A stretch of 22,975 bases of DNA from a virus (taxonomy: Duplodnaviria > Heunggongvirae > Uroviricota > Caudoviricetes). The position numbers and the translations under genes are program-made. Each line of letters opens with the position of its first letter. Position 1 is the first letter of the stretch. Of the stretch, positions 19,229-22,975 are shown in pieces. The stretch covers positions 1-22,975 of the IMG/VR virus record IMGVR_UViG_2690315742_000006; one strand, 5' to 3'. Below the pieces are notes generated by a model. It was not told the DNA's origin. It searched no databases and was given only the letters and a program-made list of their open reading frames with translations.

Positions 19229-22200
19229 ATGGCAGTAAAAATTTCAGGTGTACTGAAAGACGGCACAGGAAAACCGGTACAGAACTGCACAATCCAGCTG
19301 AAAGCAAAACGTAACAGTACCACGGTGGTGGTGAACACGCTGGCATCTGAAAATCCGGATGAAGCCGGGCGTTACAGTATGGACGTTGAGTACGGTCAGT
19401 ACAGCGTTATTCTGTTGGTGGAAGGATTCCCGCCGTCACATGCCGGGACCATCACAGTGTATGAAGATTCCCGACCCGGTACGCTGAATGATTTTCTCGG
19501 TGCCATGACGGAGGATGATGCCCGTCCGGAGGCACTGCGCCGTTTTGAGCTGATGGTGGAAGAGGTGGCGCGTAACGCGTCCGCGGTGGCACAGAACACG
19601 GCAGCCGCGAAGAAGTCAGCCAGCGATGCCAGCACATCAGCCCGTGAGGCGGCAACCCATGCGACTGATGCTGCAGGCTCAGCACGCGCAGCCAGCACGT
19701 CAGCCGGACAGGCCGCGTCGTCGGCTCAGTCAGCATCTTCCAGCGCAGGAACGGCATCAACAAAGGCCAGTGAAGCATCGAAAAGTGCTGCTGCTGCAGA
19801 GTCCTTAAAAAGCGCGGCAGCTACCAGTGCCAGTGCCGCGAAAACGTCAGAAACGAATGCTGCAGCGTCACAAAAATCTGCAGCCACTTCTGCATCCACC
19901 GCGACCACGAAAGCGTCAGAAGCTGCCACCTCAGCCCGGGATGCGTCGGCTTCAAAAGTGGCGGCAAAATCATCAGAAACGAGCGCAGCCTCGAGCGCCG
20001 GCATTGCAGCTTCCTCGGCAACGGCAGCAGGAAATTCCGCGAAGGCCGCAAAAACGTCTGAGACGAATGCGGATAACAGCGCACAGGCGGCAGCAGACTC
20101 ACAAACTGCATCGGCAAACTCCGCGACAGCAGCCAAAAAATCAGAAACCAACGCGAAAAATAGTGAGGCAGCAGCAAAGGTCAGCGAAACCAACGCTAAA
20201 GCGTCAGAGAACAAGGCGAAAGAATATCTCGACAAGGTCGGGGGACTCGTCAGCCCGATGACGCAATACGATTGGCCCGTTGTTACTGGTAATGAGTCTT
20301 TTTACATAAAGATCGCGAAACTTTCCGATCCCGGAAGCGGCAATTGCCATGTAACGCTAATGGTTACTAACGCTGGTAACTACGGCTCCCCTTACGGAAA
20401 CATTGACTTTATCGAGATCTCGGCGCGCGGTCTGCCTTCTTTGCTTAGTGCGGATAATGTTTCTCGTCATCTGAGTATACGCCGCTTAGGGTCAACCGGG
20501 CTGACCGATAACAACCAGATGCGTTACGGCCTGGTTAAAGGTGACGGCTTTATTGAGGTTTGGGCCTTCCAGCGCGCATTTATCAACGGCGCAAAGGTTG
20601 CGGTACTGGCGCAGACGGCACGCACGGAATTATACATTCCAGACGGATTTGTTAAGCAAACCGCCGCGCCTTCTGGATATGTTGAAAGCCCCGTTGTAAG
20701 GATTTACGACCAGTTAAACAAGCCGACTAAAGCAGATTTGGGTCTTTCTAATGCTATGCTTACAGGCGCTTTCGGTCTTGGCGGTAGCGGGATATCAACA
20801 AACGGCAAGATGAGCGATGTAGAGATCTTAAAAGCTCTGCGTGACGAAGGTGGTCATTTCTGGCGCGGTGATAGGCCGACCGGAAGCACGGCGACCATTT
20901 ATAGCCACGGTTCTGGTATATTCTCGCGGTGCGGCGATACGTGGTCAGCGATCAATATCGACTACTCAACCGCGAAGATTAAGATCTATGCCGGCAACGA
21001 TGCCCGGCTTAACAACGGGACTTTTAGCGTCAATGAGCTATACGGCTCGGCAAACAAGCCGTCGAAATCGGATGTTGGACTTGGCAACGTAACGAACGAT
21101 GCGCAGGTAAAAAAAACCGGCGATACAATGACCGGTGACTTGACAATCAAAAAAGGTACACCGTCAGTCTTCCTGCGGGCAGACAGTGGAGTCACCGCTT
21201 TGCGGTTTTATACTGGCGATAACACAGAGCGCGGCATAATCTATGCTGGTCCTAACACTGATTCGCTTGGCGAAGTTCGCATTAGGGCTAAAAACGCAAA
21301 AGGTGAAACAAACGGTGATCTTATTGTTCGCCACGACGGGGTGGTTGAGGTTCAGAATCTCACAGCGGCTAAAAAAGTCAAAAGCGTAACCGCAGAATTT
21401 GCAAACACAAGCACTAGCTCCGATGATACCACGGTAAATATCAAAGGATCACAGCATACGCCTTTGGTTTTAACGCGCAATAACACAATTAAAAATTTAT
21501 CCATTGGATTTAAGGTTGATGGCGTTGACCAAAAATATCTCGGCATATACGGTGACGGTGATTTGTATTTTGGTAGTTATTCTGACCACACAAAAAACAG
21601 TAGAGTAATTACACAAGCAAAACTAGATAGCGGGTTAACGGTAGGCGGTAAAACAACCTTTTCTGACCTTGCTACATTCAACGCAGGTATATCTGGAGCA
21701 ATTGAACCTGAAAGCATTTCTGCAGTGACTGTTGATCTTAATAATCTGACCATAAAAGGCACAGATAAAGGATCAGTTAAATACTATCAATGCAGAACTG
21801 CCGGAGGTGGTGCAAATATTACCAATAAGCCTGACGGCGTAGGCGGCAACTTTTTGCTTCGTGTAGAGTCAATTCGTAAGGTTAGTGATTCAGATTATAT
21901 AAACATGCAAACGCTGATTAGCGGCGACAAAGGACGCGTGCATGTTCGTTTTGTTACTAATGGTAATTGGACAGCATGGCGTGAGGTAGTTGTTTCAGGA
22001 TGGAATCAGGATGTAACCGTCAGGTCGTTAACCTCGACGACTCCATCAAAATTAGGTGGCGGGCGGATTGATGTGCTTGGAAGTACGTCAGATTATGGCA
22101 GCATGAATTGTACCGTGCGCGGTGTTGATAGCAGCGGAACTAATTCTGCGTGGTCAGTAGGCACATCAGTAGACACTGGCAAAACGTTGTATCTGAAAAA

Positions 22201-22975
22201 CCACAGAACCAGTTCACAAGTGCTGATAAGTGGCGATACTGGATCTATTAAGCTACAAAATGGTAATGCAAACAAGGAGTTAGCGCTAACCGAAGATTCA
22301 GTTACCTCAAACGCTGACATTATCCTAAAAAATAGTGATGATGGCCCCCGTCTTATTATAAAAAACTCAAACAATTCGGCGCAGTCGTGGAGTGTTACGG
22401 TGTGGGGTAAAAGCGGAAGGGAAAGCATTTTTGAGGTTGGTAACAGCAACGGTTACATGTTTTACGCACAAGAAACGGCATCGGGTGGCAGAAATTTTGA
22501 CTTTAACGGTGATGTTACATGTAAGACACTATACCAAACTTCTGATCAAAGCCTTAAAGACAACATTAAGGTTATAGGTGACGCTACCGAATCCATCCGT
22601 AAAATGAATGGGTACACATACACGTTTAAGGACGACGGCCTGCCTTATGCTGGCGTTATTGCACAAGAAGTAATGGATGCGCTGCCTGAAGCGATAGCGT
22701 TTACCACTCTTTACGGTAAAGAGCTACAGGGGCCAACAACTGACGGAAACGTGTTACGCGAAGAGATGAAGTGCCTTAGCGTTGACTATGCGGCGGTGAC
22801 TGGTTTACTTGTTCAGGTCGCCCGTGAAACAGATGATCGCGTTACCGCGCTGGAAGAGGAAAACACAACGCTACGTGAAAATCTGGCAACAGCAGACACC
22901 CGGATCAGCACTCTGGAAAATCAGGTAAGCGAACTGGTTGCACTTGTCCGGCAGTTAACAGGAAGCGAACATTGA
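19229..22975 (+). CDS. stf: Side tail fibre protein with C-terminal intramolecular chaperone (peptidase S74-like) domain
   Basis: N-terminus MAVKISGVLKDGTGKPVQNCTIQLKA... recognisable as lambda Stf; Ala/Ser/Thr-rich repeat region; GDTMTGDLTIKKG fibre motif; C-terminal ...TSDQSLKDNI...NGYTYTFKDDGLPYAGVIAQEV plus terminal coiled coil; stop coincides with the window end. Confidence 0.8.
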   Translation: MAVKISGVLKDGTGKPVQNCTIQLKAKRNSTTVVVNTLASENPDEAGRYSMDVEYGQYSVILLVEGFPPSHAGTITVYEDSRPGTLNDFLGAMTEDDARPEALRRFELMVEEVARNASAVAQNTAAAKKSASDASTSAREAATHATDAAGSARAASTSAGQAASSAQSASSSAGTASTKASEASKSAAAAESLKSAAATSASAAKTSETNAAASQKSAATSASTATTKASEAATSARDASASKVAAKSSETSAASSAGIAASSATAAGNSAKAAKTSETNADNSAQAAADSQTASANSATAAKKSETNAKNSEAAAKVSETNAKASENKAKEYLDKVGGLVSPMTQYDWPVVTGNESFYIKIAKLSDPGSGNCHVTLMVTNAGNYGSPYGNIDFIEISARGLPSLLSADNVSRHLSIRRLGSTGLTDNNQMRYGLVKGDGFIEVWAFQRAFINGAKVAVLAQTARTELYIPDGFVKQTAAPSGYVESPVVRIYDQLNKPTKADLGLSNAMLTGAFGLGGSGISTNGKMSDVEILKALRDEGGHFWRGDRPTGSTATIYSHGSGIFSRCGDTWSAINIDYSTAKIKIYAGNDARLNNGTFSVNELYGSANKPSKSDVGLGNVTNDAQVKKTGDTMTGDLTIKKGTPSVFLRADSGVTALRFYTGDNTERGIIYAGPNTDSLGEVRIRAKNAKGETNGDLIVRHDGVVEVQNLTAAKKVKSVTAEFANTSTSSDDTTVNIKGSQHTPLVLTRNNTIKNLSIGFKVDGVDQKYLGIYGDGDLYFGSYSDHTKNSRVITQAKLDSGLTVGGKTTFSDLATFNAGISGAIEPESISAVTVDLNNLTIKGTDKGSVKYYQCRTAGGGANITNKPDGVGGNFLLRVESIRKVSDSDYINMQTLISGDKGRVHVRFVTNGNWTAWREVVVSGWNQDVTVRSLTSTTPSKLGGGRIDVLGSTSDYGSMNCTVRGVDSSGTNSAWSVGTSVDTGKTLYLKNHRTSSQVLISGDTGSIKLQNGNANKELALTEDSVTSNADIILKNSDDGPRLIIKNSNNSAQSWSVTVWGKSGRESIFEVGNSNGYMFYAQETASGGRNFDFNGDVTCKTLYQTSDQSLKDNIKVIGDATESIRKMNGYTYTFKDDGLPYAGVIAQEVMDALPEAIAFTTLYGKELQGPTTDGNVLREEMKCLSVDYAAVTGLLVQVARETDDRVTALEEENTTLRENLATADTRISTLENQVSELVALVRQLTGSEH
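19590..20230 (+). repeat. Ala/Ser/Thr-rich low-complexity region with recurring K-x-S-E-T-N-A motif inside the tail fibre gene
   Basis: Motif copies encoded near 19838-19861, 19961-19987, 20045-20071, 20131-20157 and 20169-20198 (AKTSETNA, AKSSETSA, AKTSETNA, KKSETNA, KVSETNA); about 57% G+C in a hand-counted 60-nt block. Confidence 0.6.
22541..22972 (+). other. Predicted self-cleaving intramolecular chaperone domain of the tail fibre
   Basis: Ser (22541-22543) and Lys (22556-22558) in an S-D-x-S-L-K-D context, followed by ~140 aa ending in a heptad coiled coil (LEEENTTLRENLATADTRISTLENQVSELVALV). Confidence 0.55.

Larger units (their letters stand above)
1..22975. mobile_element. Lambdoid prophage late structural region (HK97-type head module, lambda-type tail module); window does not reach either prophage end
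   Basis: Uninterrupted same-strand order HNH / TerS / TerL / portal / protease / capsid / connectors / major tail / G-GT / tape measure / M-L-K-I-J / lom / tail fibre; tight or overlapping gene junctions. Confidence 0.85.

Noticed and set aside
19726-20235. 169-aa minus-strand ORF and overlapping Arg/Gln-rich plus-strand ORFs (19827-20261, 19626-19808)
   Set aside because: All lie inside the Ala/Ser-rich repeat region of the tail fibre gene; low-complexity repetitive DNA keeps alternative frames open.
1-22975. CRISPR arrays, tRNA or rRNA genes, integrase or transposase, toxin-antitoxin pairs
   Set aside because: Looked for direct repeats with regular spacers, cloverleaf-sized conserved segments and recombinase-like ORFs; none seen. 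The only repeats are the coding low-complexity repeats in the tail fibre gene.

Overview
This window reads as one contiguous, single-strand (+) late structural operon of a lambdoid siphovirus prophage of Enterobacteriaceae. All calls come from reading the supplied ORF translations and the DNA by eye; no searches were run. The head module is HK97-type: HNH endonuclease (3' end only), small and large terminase, portal, prohead protease, and a major capsid protein with an N-terminal coiled-coil scaffold domain. The tail module is lambda-type: major tail protein with a C-terminal Ig-like domain, G/G-T chaperone pair with an A_AAA_AAG slippery site, tape measure, M, L, K, I, J, lom and a side tail fibre. 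The most interesting item is a compact AT-rich cassette (about 8945-9380) between the G-T chaperone and the tape-measure gene. It has promoter-like hexamers, a good RBS, a 113-aa two-helix membrane protein with a CxxC...CxxC zinc ribbon, and its own terminator. That is the layout of a moron and a candidate superinfection-exclusion or defence factor. Other points worth a look are two small unassigned ORFs in the head module, a lom moron bracketed by terminators, and a mosaic tail fibre with a C-terminal self-cleaving chaperone domain. I see no rRNA, tRNA, CRISPR array, integrase or transposase. I do not see a multi-gene novel system here; the candidates are single-gene cargo inside an otherwise conventional prophage.
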